From Octopus sinensis (taxonomy: Eukaryota): 64,000 nt of DNA. This document shows, piece by piece, positions 27,429 through 42,233 of the stretch. Location: the NCBI RefSeq assembly GCF_006345805.1, contig NC_043004.1:56296001-56360000 (forward strand). The letters are read 5' to 3'. Each line of letters begins with the position of its first letter. Within the stretch, counting starts at the first letter, position 1. The notes beneath the pieces were generated by a model. It had not been told where the DNA came from and did no database searches. It saw only the letters and a list, made by a program, of their open reading frames with translations. The translations under genes and the position numbers were made by a program.

Positions 27429-28029
27429 TGTGTGTGTCTATGTATTTATATATATGCACACTTCGTTATTTATCCTTTTCATACCATGTAGTTTACGACA
27501 ATTTTTTTATAATAAATAAACTTTTAGATTATATGATTGTATATTTTTCTTCTAAATTAATATATATTCGTTCATACGTTTCATTAATTTCTTGTTTTCC
27601 CTTTTATTATCAAATATACTTCCAATGTATTGATATTGCCAAGAGAATCCTCACCTAACTCTTTGCAGATGTCTTTTTCGCTTCATATTCTTCCTAATGT
27701 TTCCCAATCATATTTATTCATGTGTGACAAAATACATAAAGAGATTGAAAAAAAAATGTTTTCTACATAAGAAGAGAATTCTTAAGACGTGTATTAAGAC
27801 GTGGTGGATTTATATAACAAAAATGTGAGTTATTTTATGTTGTGTAACGCGGAGACAATGTAATATTATGAAATAAAACATCCTTTTATGATCGTTCTTA
27901 ATTTTCTAAAATGTGTATACGAATACGTCTGCACAGATATACAGTTAGATATATATAATTAATATACACACACACACACAACTATGCGTGTAATTGCAAA
28001 TGTATGTGTAAGTTTTTCTACAGAAATAT

Positions 28030-28074
<45 letters not shown>

Positions 28075-28669
28075 TTACGCCATATTGCTGATCAAGATTC
28101 ACGAAGCATCAAAACAATGATGGTGGGTTTCTGTATATTAAGTGGGTTAAGTGGGTAAAATTTAGCGATAATACTTTTTGTGGTTGCCATTGCAGATTAT
28201 TACCTTTAGTTACTTGAATCAGTGCTTATACATATATATTCATAGATGCATACATAAATGCAAACACATACACGCACACATACAGAATCATACACACAGT
28301 CACATACACACACACATATATATATATATAGCTGTATATACATACATATATATATATATGTGTGTGTGTGTGTGTATGTATATGTATGTATATACATATA
28401 TATATGTAATGTTTTGTAATTATATACATAAGTATAGCGAGGGATCGGTTTTACACTACAGTATGTTATTCTCGGTGATTTTAAGGTGGCAATAGGAGCT
28501 TTAGTGTCTATTTCTTGCAGTGCGTGGTGAGGCATAAAGCCGATCCCTAGTTATAATTTTGTATATACTTATAAAATATTTAGTGTAATTTACCGATGAG
28601 GTTTTTATTTCCCCACTGACCACCTGGTAAAATTGTTATTGATTTTATCCTTTTATTATAATATTATAT

Positions 28670-29244
28670 ATATATCTAATGTAGGATAAAATTTTTTTCC
28701 AAAAAATTCTTTTCCCCAAAAAATTTTATCACTGGCCAGCATATGAAAAAATACCCCTAAAGGTTAATATTATAAACAATTCATAAATAAGGGCAAACGA
28801 AAAAATTTCTAATGCCAAATATGCCGAAAAATTGGACATATTGTCCATTGACCATATAATTTTTTCCCAATACGCACACTACTCGAAAAAAGGTGGACAG
28901 AAATTTCTAAAAAATTCCATTATTACCATATCGGACCGATTTCAGGGTTAGCTTATAACAGCCTTCCCTTCGTCAGTGATACATGTGGCAAAAGAAATAA
29001 ATGAGATACTTACTCATACCCATGGAAGAAGCAAACACAAAGTCATGAGCACAGGAGGGCTGTTATCAGCTAACCCTGAAATCGGTCCGATATGGTAATA
29101 ATGGAATTTTTTAGAAATTTCTGTCCACCTTTTTTCGAGTAGCGTGCGTATTGTGAAAGAATTATATGGTCAATGGACAATATGTCCAATTTTTCGGCAT
29201 ATTTGGTATTAGAAATTTTTTCGTTTGCCCTTATTTATGAATTG

Positions 29245-29245
<1 letters not shown>
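28670..29245 (-). mobile_element. Penelope-type pseudo-LTR-only element with ~188-bp inverted arms (28776-28963 / 29058-29245)
   Basis: Near-perfect inverted arms, microsatellite flanks, hammerhead motif on minus, family similarity to 24863-25442 and 60305-60651. Confidence 0.7.
28924..28981 (-). ncRNA. Type I hammerhead ribozyme, intact core
   Basis: Minus strand TATCA-CTGACGA-AGGG..CCCT-GAAA-TCGG(T)CCGA-TA^TGGTA; stems I-III pair and all conserved core nucleotides are present. Confidence 0.75.
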
Positions 29246-29317
<72 letters not shown>

Positions 29318-29434
29318 GTACATACAAAAGTATGTGTGTGTATATAAGGAGTTTAGGAGGGGAGAAGAGACACGGAGAAACACACAGGGCGAGAGAGAGA
29401 CACACACACAGAGGCAAAGAGGGAATATTGACAT

Positions 29435-29564
29435 ATGTTCGCAGTACTTTCGATTGTACTTTGGGGAGAGTTAGAAACTCAAGTTTGCTTAGAAGGTGTA
29501 GCGTGGCTAATGATACTTTTGATAATCTACTTCTTAATTGCACTTCTAGAAGTCGATGCTTCAG
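29435..29564 (+). CDS. Candidate first coding exon encoding a signal-peptide-like leader (…MILLIIYFLIALLEVDAS), phase-1 donor
   Basis: Open frame from ATG 29435 (second in-frame ATG 29510), hydrophobic core then A-S, consensus CAG|GTAAGT donor at 29565. No partner exon found. Confidence 0.35.
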
Positions 29565-31870
29565 GTAAGTGATAAACAGGAAGCAACTTGATTCCAATAC
29601 AGTCATAATGAAATACGTTATATTTTCAAGTTCACGAAAATACAAGGAAAATTACAGAATGATACAGAAATAAATGTTACGTTTGATTTGCTAGATACGG
29701 TAGCAATACCAAAACCTAGAAAAGTATGCTACTGTAACTGAAATTGATCTGAGCTAAACAGAACAAATCCGTCTGCCTGTCCGTCATAACATCGGTTAGA
29801 GAAAGAGAGAGGGAGAGAGAGTGAGGCTGAGAGAGACAGAGAGAGAAAGAGGGGAAAGAAGGTGAGTGAGGCAAGACGGAGAGAGAGAGATAGAGAAAGA
29901 GTGCGTGTAAAAGATAGAATTAAAATTTGTTTCAAGAAAAAAAAAATCTGGTTCTTCTTGTACCTGTCAATGTGACAGTTGTAGTAGGCTTTTGCCGAAG
30001 GATCTATTTCATCTTGAGTTGGTCAATACCCAGCGGCATAGCAACGGGTAACGACTAGTATTGTACAATTTGAGGAGTTATCCGAAAGAATAAGTATAAT
30101 ACCAGAATACTGACATCAAATCTTCTAGGAAAAATGAAGGCGACTCTGTGTATCAGCTATCTGCCGAAGATTTGTAACGGATTACATAAGGGCTAGATTG
30201 ATGAAAGGATACTGCTGTTACCTGTATAATGAACACCATATATGGATCTTGTAGCTTGTAGATTGCTGAAAAAATGGTTTTGTCTAATTGAAAAATATTG
30301 GTTAAGTTAGCACGAAATGTATACTCGTCTAACAGTAATGAGAGGAGTTTTTGAGACAAAGCAAAAAAAAAAAAAAAAAATTATGGAAGTCAGTGTATGT
30401 ACATCAAATGAAATCTTCTCTATGATTGAAATTTTCGGCTAAAACAAAGTAGACTGTCATCTGTGCTCCCGTCGGACAGTCCATTACTACTCACATATCG
30501 AACAGTATACATCATAGGTTTGGTAAACATACTGATAGTTTCTTAAGTTGTGAGTTTGTTGTATATATACTCCAGTCTGAAATAAGTAACCGTATTCTTC
30601 GAATACCTGGTTTGTTTAGAAAATGTTGTGCAGGTGTACACATAATCAGGCATTACATATCGCCTTCAGAGACATATTCATTAGTGGGCTGTATATTATT
30701 GAAAAATCTCACTAAATATGCCTATGCGATTTGGAATTACGGTACAGTCATCCACAGTCTAAGGTCACCTCTATGTCTTACTTGTAAACTATAGACAAGA
30801 AAAAAAGCTAGGACGCAAAAATTATCTTCGAATAGAAGAAATGTAATTTCGTTAAAATTGTTGCTTGTATTATTTCATATATAACCAACACGTATAAATT
30901 CAATACATCATATCCTGTATATTGCTATTAAATTTGACAAGAGACAATCGATATGAATTCTGTATCATCAGATAACTGTCCAACATTTATCTTTCATAGA
31001 CAAGACTAAAGTCCTTTATGCTTTGTAGAAGATGGCATTATACAAAGTTCTATCAAAAGTCAGTATTACAGATAATAAAAAAGAAACACATCGTTAAAGC
31101 CTTTTCTGGTTGTATAATGATAAAGCTTTGTAAATGACACTGATTAAGCGGAAACGGTAAGGAAGCTGTTAGGATGAATTCTACATATAATTTAAAGATC
31201 CTAACTCGTCGCATTGTATTACACTCACTCCAACTGAGTATCCTAGTGTATCCTTCATTAAGGGCATACACATCACTGAAGTATTATCTATACGGTAATT
31301 CAACGAACAGGTGATTCAGTTAGATACTCGTCGTTGAAACAGACTGAGGACCATTGCCTGTGTGAATGAGTTTACATATTTCCTTCAGCGCGAGCTATAG
31401 AAATGTTGTCCAAAAATCTGCGCATGTAAATTATAATTCATTGAGAAGTAGTGTTATTCATAAGCCATTCAGTTTTTATGAATAGGTTTCAGAGGTTTTA
31501 AAATGTGTAATAAATTTAATTAATGATATAGTGACCAAATAACTTTGTCACATTTCATCTGTATTTATTTCGCCCCTTTCTCCCTCTCCCTCCATACACC
31601 CATCTCTCTCTATATATTTATATATATACATACACACATACATTTATATCTGTATGTATGTATGTATGTATGTATGTATGTATGTATGTATATATGTATG
31701 TATATGTACATCTTTCTTTTATTCTTTTATTTGTTTCAGTCATTTGACTGCGGCCAAGCTGGAGCGCCATCTTTGTTACGGGGATCTAAACGCACGAACA
31801 TCTCTTGTCAAGCGATGGTGGGGCACAAGAACACAGACTCAGACACACACACACACATATATATATATAT

Positions 31871-33476
<1,606 letters not shown>

Positions 33477-33679
33477 ATATATATATATACGACGGGCATC
33501 TTTCAGTTTCCATCTACTAAATTCACTCAGAGTTTTGGTCGGCCCGCGGCTAGAGTAGAAGACACTTGCCCAAGGTGGCAGGCAGTGGGACTGAACTCGG
33601 AACCATATGGCTTGGAAGCAAGATTCTTATCACATAGTCACGCCTGAGCCTCTCTCTTTTATGTCTGTCTTTCTGTCTG

Positions 33680-33736
<57 letters not shown>

Positions 33737-34439
33737 GTGTGTGTATGTGTGTGTGTGTGTATGCATATATATGTGTATGTAAGATTTCCTCCTTGGCCAA
33801 AGAATCTTTTCGGTAAATTTCCCTTTATTTCAGATTTATTATCGCACATAAAGAATGTGTCTGTTGTATGATGTGTATGTTTATGTGTAAGTGAATATGT
33901 ACGTACGAGAGATAGATACATACATACCAACATACATATATAAAGATGAAAAAGACAGACACAGAAAGAGATATAGACGAAAACAGAGCTAGAGACAACA
34001 AATGGCATTTTGTTTAAATACATTTCTGATTCTTTAACACATTTTAAATAAAATATTCATAATTCCTCTACCGTTATAAATGTTTCAAAGGCTTTATTGA
34101 AAACAAAATTCGCCTTGAACTCATTGTTTAAGAATAAACTAAAACATATTCACAAAGGTTCTAAACCACGATTTTCTTAGAATGTTCACTGATATAAATA
34201 TTCGCATAAATAACACATTCTCTTTGGCTTCTGGTTGTACAGCAACATCATTCAATTGACTGACTTGGTGAATGTTCCTTCCTGTGAAATACGTCTTTTC
34301 ATCACTAATAAGAAAACAGCCACATCACAAGTTTACGAAAGCTAATGTTCATTATGTGGAAAAGTACAGATATAGAAACACACTCATGCACTCACAGTTA
34401 CATACATACATATCTATCTATCTATCTATCTATCTATCA

Positions 34440-34503
<64 letters not shown>

Positions 34504-34532
34504 GTTTGTCTGTCTGTCTGTCTATCTGTCTA

Positions 34533-35739
34533 CATAGGTTGGACCAAATAATTGAAACACCTTACAATTTCAAACAAATTTTATTCAATATGGGGTAGGA
34601 CCGTCTTTGGCAGTAATTACAGCTGGAATTTTACGAGCTATGGACTCTAACAAAGTTTGAATTGTCTCCAAAGGAATTTTGGTCCATTCTTCAGCTGTCT
34701 CCAGTTCTTGTAGTTTTGATGGTGGAGAATATCGACACCTTACTTATTCTTTTAAAATGCACCATAAATGTTCAATAATATTGAGATCAGGGGTCGGTCT
34801 GTGGTGACCAGAAAAGATGCTTAACTTCACTAGAATGTTCCTCGTGCCATTCAGTAACAAATTTAGCAGTGTGAATTGGTACATTATCATTCTAAACGAT
34901 TGCGTTTCTCTCCGGAAACAGTTCCGCAAATATAGGATGAAGCTGATCAGATGAAATACTTAAAAATTTTTGACTATAGATTCTGCCATTAAGGGAAACC
35001 ATTGGGCCGACGGATTTCCAAGATATAGCCGCCCCTACGATCATCACAGATCCTCCTCCATGTTTAACAGTAAGAACAAGGCAGTCTGGGCCAAATGCTT
35101 CTATTGGCTGTCTCCACACGTATTCTCGGCGGGTTGTCAGAAATAAGGTAAAGGGTGACTCATCCGAGAAAATAACATTCTTCCACTGCTCTAGGGATCA
35201 ATTCTAGAGGATTTTACAGCACTCAAACGCTTTGTAACATTTGTTTTTAAAGTAGAGGTTTCCTGATTGCAGATCTCCCGTGAAATCCAGCTTTGTGCAA
35301 CTCCTAGTCAAAAAGTTTTGTGTAAACTGGGTAATTTTGAGAGCTGTACTTTCGTGATCCTATCAAACAATTCGTTTAAGAGTCCGACAGTCCTTATCTG
35401 AAAGGTTTGGTTTTCTCCCGGAGTTTTGATTCGACGAGGGTTTTTTTCTTCTTTCACAACGTCTATCATTACTTTCGAAACAGTACGTCTTGATACACCA
35501 AACATTTCGGGTGTTTTCCTTACGCCAGCGCATACCATACGAGCACCAACAATTTGACCTCTTTGAAAGACCGACAGATCTGTCATTGTAATGAATTTTA
35601 ATTACATTTTTCTGATGATATCTGAAGAGAAACAGCAATTTTGGAAAAACAATAAGCGACACTAATAATAAATAAACAAATTATTGGAAAATTATGATGC
35701 TATGATGCTAGGTGTTGCCATTATTTTGTCCAACCCCTG
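34533..35739 (-). mobile_element. Tc1/mariner DNA transposon, decayed transposase
   Basis: ~29-bp TIRs CA(T/G)(A/G)GGTTGGAC(C/A)AAATAAT(T/G)G(A/C)AACACC, TA flanks; ORF pieces MTDLSVFQRGQIVGARM (paired-like HTH) and TVKHGGGSVM, NDNVPIHTA (DDE region), with frameshifts. Confidence 0.9.
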
Positions 35740-35791
35740 TATATATACATATGCCTATGTATACATACATACATACACACACACACACACC

Positions 35792-35840
<49 letters not shown>

Positions 35841-35880
35841 ATATATATATATATATAAACATATATACATAGATATATAT

Positions 35881-36066
35881 AGTGACCCCCTTCGGTCAGA
35901 CACTGACCATGGGTTTGCACCTAGAGAGTTACTCTCTGAGGCACAAGTCTGGGCAAGGTTGTTTCATGGAAGACCAGCAGTCGCCCATGCATACCGGCCT
36001 CCCCCTCCACGTCACACAACCTCACGATCCTAAGCACGACGCTCTAACCACTGAGCCACGCGCCTT

Positions 36067-36068
<2 letters not shown>
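35881..36068. mobile_element. Short retroelement fragments (RTE-5'UTR-like piece joined to an inverted SINE head)
   Basis: GACGCTCTAACCACTGAGCCACGCGCC is a reverse tRNA-like head; the RTE likeness is from memory only. Confidence 0.35.
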
Positions 36069-36123
<55 letters not shown>

Positions 36124-36295
36124 CGTAAGGGGGATCAGCCATCTGAATGTGGCTAGGGACAGGGCGGGGTGGTGTTGGTGTTACTGATGCATTTAGCCCC
36201 AGGCGATCATCGACGTCACCAGAAGGACCGACACCATCACGGTGTCCTTGCTAGCCTGCAAAGGGAGATCAGCCTCCCCGAAGATACGGATACTA

Positions 36296-36338
36296 CATAC
36301 GGACCGGTTTCGAGGTAATTGCCTCTTATCAACGCATG
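36296..36338 (-). ncRNA. Minimal type I hammerhead, U3-A8 variant (inverted copy)
   Basis: Minus strand CATGCG-TTGATAA-GAGGCAATTACCTC-GAAA-CCGG-TC^CGTATG. Confidence 0.6.
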
Positions 36339-36505
36339 GTAAGCACCGTTCCCCCTTACGTTATAGAGCAGTTACTGTTTATATCTCGCTCAGGGATTTA
36401 TTATTGTTTTCGAACGGTTTTTCTACACCAGTGACTGTGGTTACTGTGAAAATCCCTATATATCTAGCCTGTAGAGTGAGTCCCTCATCGAAGAACGGTG
36501 CTTAC

Positions 36506-36548
36506 CATGCGTTGATAAGAGGTAATTACCTCGAAACCGGTCCGTATG
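36506..36548 (+). ncRNA. Minimal type I hammerhead, U3-A8 variant
   Basis: CATGCG-TTGATAA-GAGGTAATTACCTC-GAAA-CCGG-TC^CGTATG: 6-bp stem I, palindromic stems II and III, GUC triplet. Confidence 0.7.
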
Positions 36549-36780
36549 TAGTATCCGTATCTTCGGGGAGGCTGATCTCCCTTTGCAGGCTAGCAAGGAC
36601 ACCGTGATGGTGTCGGTCCTTCTGGTGACATCGATGGTCGCCTGGGGCTAAATGCATCAGTAACACCCCCACCACCCCGCCCTGTCCCTAGCCACATTCA
36701 GATGGCTGATCCCCCTTACGTTATAGAGCAGTTACTGTTTATATCTCGCTCAGAGATTTATTATTGTACATATATATATA

Positions 36781-36845
<65 letters not shown>

Positions 36846-36930
36846 CAGATAGAGAGATATATACACAGTGACATACATAAAATGCAAACATCTTTCCCTC
36901 TCACACACTCTCTATCTCTCTATGCATTAG

Positions 36931-37004
<74 letters not shown>

Positions 37005-38309
37005 TATATATATTCATATATATGTGTATATCTATAACTAAATATATATATATATACATATAATGTATACACACACACACACATACAAACACAGAATATA
37101 TATATATATAATATTAGATGAAAAGGGAAACAAAAAGCAGGACAGATATTTCAAGTTGTTTAGAATATTGAATTAGGGTACGGTGAATTTGAGGTCTAAC
37201 TGTTGTCTCTGGGACTTCCCTAGTGATAACCCAGTGATAGCCCAGGTTGATGCATTCTTCCGTGAAGGTATAGGCCTTAGGTTCGACCCAAGGTAAATCC
37301 AGCTAGTATTTTGGCAGTATTTTGAATGCTAGACATAACAAAGCTAACAGCTGTTTCTGATCATATTGCCAAAATGCAGTCCATAACTAAATGCGAGAAT
37401 CTAATTCTTCATCTTCATAGAACATTTGAATTTAGCTTACCGATCTTCATCAGAGTGAAAAACAGGAGCATACAATATAAACAAAAGAAGAAGGAAGAGG
37501 TAAGAAAATATGGTTTACACGAATAGTCTAAAGGCCCAAGATGTTATGTGCACATAATTATTTACCATCCGAGACCAAAGATGAGAGAATGAGCTATTAA
37601 AAGCCTAGGGAATACTACAAGTTATTAACGGGAGGGTGGAGTAAGGAGGGGTAAGGTTAGGGTGTTAAAGAAAGAAGTTATCCAGAAGCTCGATGTAAAG
37701 AAGATACTAACATAAAAAGCAAAAATAAAAATAAAAGTAAAAAATAAAAATAAAATGCCCAAAGGTAAGATAGAAAAATACTAATTAAATGTATTCATTA
37801 AACTTATAAACAAAAGTATAATAATTCCTAGAGGGTGTAAGGAATATTAGTAGATATTGTGTGCAATAAAGTAAAGGAAAGACTATGATAAATAATAAAA
37901 TAGATTGAAAAATTAAAATGAAAAGGAAGAAGGAATAAAGCATGTGGTGGTGGTGGTGGTGGTGGGATTATAGTACCACAAATATAAGTTGCGCTAATAA
38001 TGTGGTAGAAAGGCAAAGGTCGTTAGTGTTCTCAGATCACTAATAATAGAAATAAAGGCAAAATACAAGGGGTTGGTAAGGTGGGGAATGATAATTGGTG
38101 TATGAGATAGGTAATAGGTATAGGTGGTGGGTTGCATTTACAAACTTAGGAGGAGGGTTGTGGGAAGGGTTAGGTATCAAACTAACTTGGAGAACCTCGG
38201 TTATTCCTAGCAGTATGACCTATAAAAGGAGTAGGATGTAAAACCCCCATTAAACTAAAAGGGTCTCCCGGGGTAGTTAAAAATATCTAAAGTTAATAAT
38301 TATAAGAAG

Positions 38310-39040
<731 letters not shown>

Positions 39041-39074
39041 CGCATATATTTGAATATTTTAATATCAAAACATT

Positions 39075-39270
39075 TTTTAGCGCGCGGGCAGAATTGTTAG
39101 CTCTTCACACAAAATTCTTAGCGGTTATAAGTTCTGTGTTTAAATTCCGTTGATGTCGACTTTACTTTTCATCCTTTTGGTTTCGATAAAATAAGTACCA
39201 GCTAAGCACCGGAGTCGATGTAATTGACTAGGCACCTGCCCCAAAATGTCAGGTCTTATGCTTATAAGAG
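39075..39270 (+). mobile_element. Degenerate SINE family A
   Basis: GTCGACTTTACTTTTCATCC core. Confidence 0.7.
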
Positions 39271-39290
39271 GAAAGAATATTATTATTAAT

Positions 39291-39961
<671 letters not shown>

Positions 39962-39974
39962 TATTATTATTATT

Positions 39975-40446
39975 GAGGGAGCAGTGCATGTCATCAAAAT
40001 GACGCTCGGGTAAAACATACGAAATTCAGTAGACCCATCATAACTACTCATCTGATAATGTTACACTAGACACATGCATCACAACACTATTCGGGAATAT
40101 GGTGATCTCATATCAAAATAAGCAGCACATAATTTTGAAGGTGGAGCCCTGTTAGAATTGTTTTCACGTCCAGTAGCCCATCCCGCTCAAAAGGTCCCTG
40201 GATAATGGTTGTTTAGGAATGTTGAAGGAAACACCCAGATTTTCAAAGGTGAATTATTCAAACCTCAAAGAATTCCTCTCAACACACGGCTATGATGCTC
40301 CTCAAATACTATTGCTTGTGATCTGAGATACATAGGGTGTCAGCAACTAAGTGTCATGCAAAACTGGTTAAGATCAAACAAATGACAAGCAAATCTGTGG
40401 TATTGATCAGAATGTTTGCTGTAGCCCATCTTTTATACCAAGGCAT
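39975..40446 (-). mobile_element. Second tandem copy of the (AAT)n-associated element, with an internal deletion
   Basis: Aligns to 39291-39831; separated from it by (ATT)n/(ATC)n at 39832-39974. Confidence 0.7.
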
Positions 40447-40610
40447 TTTATGGATACAAAACCATTGGTGTCTCTATGACAAGACTGCATATACATACAC
40501 ATATAACTACACACACACACACGTGTATATATGTATGTATGTGCGTATATATATATATATATGCAAGTATATACATGTATATATGTATATATATGTATAT
40601 ATACACACAT

Positions 40611-40691
<81 letters not shown>

Positions 40692-40692
<1 letters not shown>

Positions 40693-41828
40693 TAGCATTA
40701 TGACCCGTCGTTGCCGGGTCATAGTGCTACTGCATGTATATATGTGTATATATATGTTTACATATTACATGTACATTTATATATATACAGCTACACAAAA
40801 TGCAAAATACAAAGTTATATCTTGATATCGCTAGTGATAACAATACTCAAAATATATAACAGACTGGAATTGTAAGCCCGTCTCTTACAATTTCGATCAA
40901 TTGTATCTTGTATAGAAGCGTGGCTACAATACATCCTACTTCAACTTCTGGGGTGGGGGACATTTTAAATTTTTATCCGGCACGTCCTACGTCTCAGATA
41001 TAAAGGTAAAAATAAAATATTTCCACTTTGCAAGTTCGAGTCGAGTACTCCCTTGCTTCTATTGTGGCGAATTTATCGCCTCTGGTTAGATACCTTTCAT
41101 AGTCGCACCAAGACACTTTTCGATGGTGCTTTCCTCAAGGTGTTCAAATCTTCTTTTTTCTCTACATTGTATACTTTATAGACAATAGTCTTTTCTTTAA
41201 TTTAATTTTTTATTATCCATCTGGACTATTCCATTTCTGCACGCTAATTTTATTTTTAATTTATTCCCATTCATGTGAAACCACTTATTCAAGTTCAAGT
41301 CATTGATGCAATTTTATACCAATTGCAATTTTTACTTTTGTTATGTTATGATTATATTATACTTTAGTTTGATTTTAATTATTAGTTGCTACATATAATT
41401 CAATTGTTATTATTATTGTTATTGTTAAAGTGAAAGTATCTGACATAAAATAGAGAAATGTTTTTGTTTCACTTTTAACACGTAATACTGAAATAATGGA
41501 GAAGATATGATATTACGATGGGCTCGCTCTAGGCAAGAAGTTGAACATTGTTTTTGCCCATGAAACTACATGGACCCTAAGTAAGGCATGTGTAAAATTT
41601 GAATGAAATTGGTTGTGTAGTTCTCAAGTTGTAGGGAAGCGTAGTGGAGAAGATATGATATTGCTGTGGGCTCCCCCTAGGCAAAAAGTTAATTTTTTTG
41701 CCGATGACACTCCCCGGACCCTAAGTAAGTCATGTGTAAAATTTGAATGAAATTGGCTGTGTAGTTCTCACGTTTTAGGGAAACACACAGACAGACAGAC
41801 ACACATTCTAAGTTTTATATATATATAT
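40692..41828 (-). mobile_element. Non-autonomous Helitron with ~150-bp internal tandem duplication
   Basis: Minus 3' end TGACCCG-gcaacga-CGGGTCA hairpin then CTAG|T; 5' ATATATAAAACTTAGAATGTGTG(TCTG)n; tandem units ~41497-41645 and ~41646-41780. Confidence 0.65.
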
Positions 41829-41835
41829 GTATATG

Positions 41836-42233
41836 CAAGTAATAAGAGAGAGACCACATGTGGTCACTCTAACGCTAGAAATAGATCCGCAAAGGGAATC
41901 GACCACTAAAGAATTGTTCTCAAGCATTAATTCAACACGCCAAGAATGTAAGCGGGCAGGACAAATGAAAAATAACGAAAAAATAGATTAACTCTATACA
42001 ATTGTTTCATCATTAATAGACTGTGTAATTTTACTTACATAATCATTTTCGATTAACGATGAAACAATTGTATAGAGTTAATCTATTTTTTCGTTATTTT
42101 TCATTTGTCTTGCCCGCTTACATTCTTGGCGTGTTGAATTAATGCTTGAGAACAATTCTTTAGTGGTCGATTCCCTTTGCGGATCTATTTCTAGCGTTAG
42201 AGTGACCACATGTGGTCTCTCTCTTATTACTTG
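41836..42233. repeat. 182-bp inverted arms (41836-42017 / 42052-42233) around a 34-nt spacer
   Basis: Two mismatches; lies at the 3' end of the Penelope-like element. Confidence 0.9.

Larger units (their letters stand above)
36119..36767 (+). mobile_element. Penelope-type pseudo-LTR-only element: inverted arms 36119-36351 / 36493-36725, 57-bp direct tail repeat 36351-36407 / 36711-36767
   Basis: Inverted and direct repeats directly visible, (TA)n flanks, hammerhead motif in each arm. Confidence 0.75.

Noticed and set aside
30128-30177. Cadherin-like SVYQLSAEDL peptide
   Set aside because: The frame is closed by stops on both sides and lacks the other cadherin motifs.
41838-41880. Possible hammerhead in the Penelope 3' hairpin (GAG-A-GACCAC/GTGGTC-A-CTC stem; CTAGCGT/ACGCTAG pairing with ~42269-42275)
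   Set aside because: Neither CUGANGA nor GAAA is present in register.
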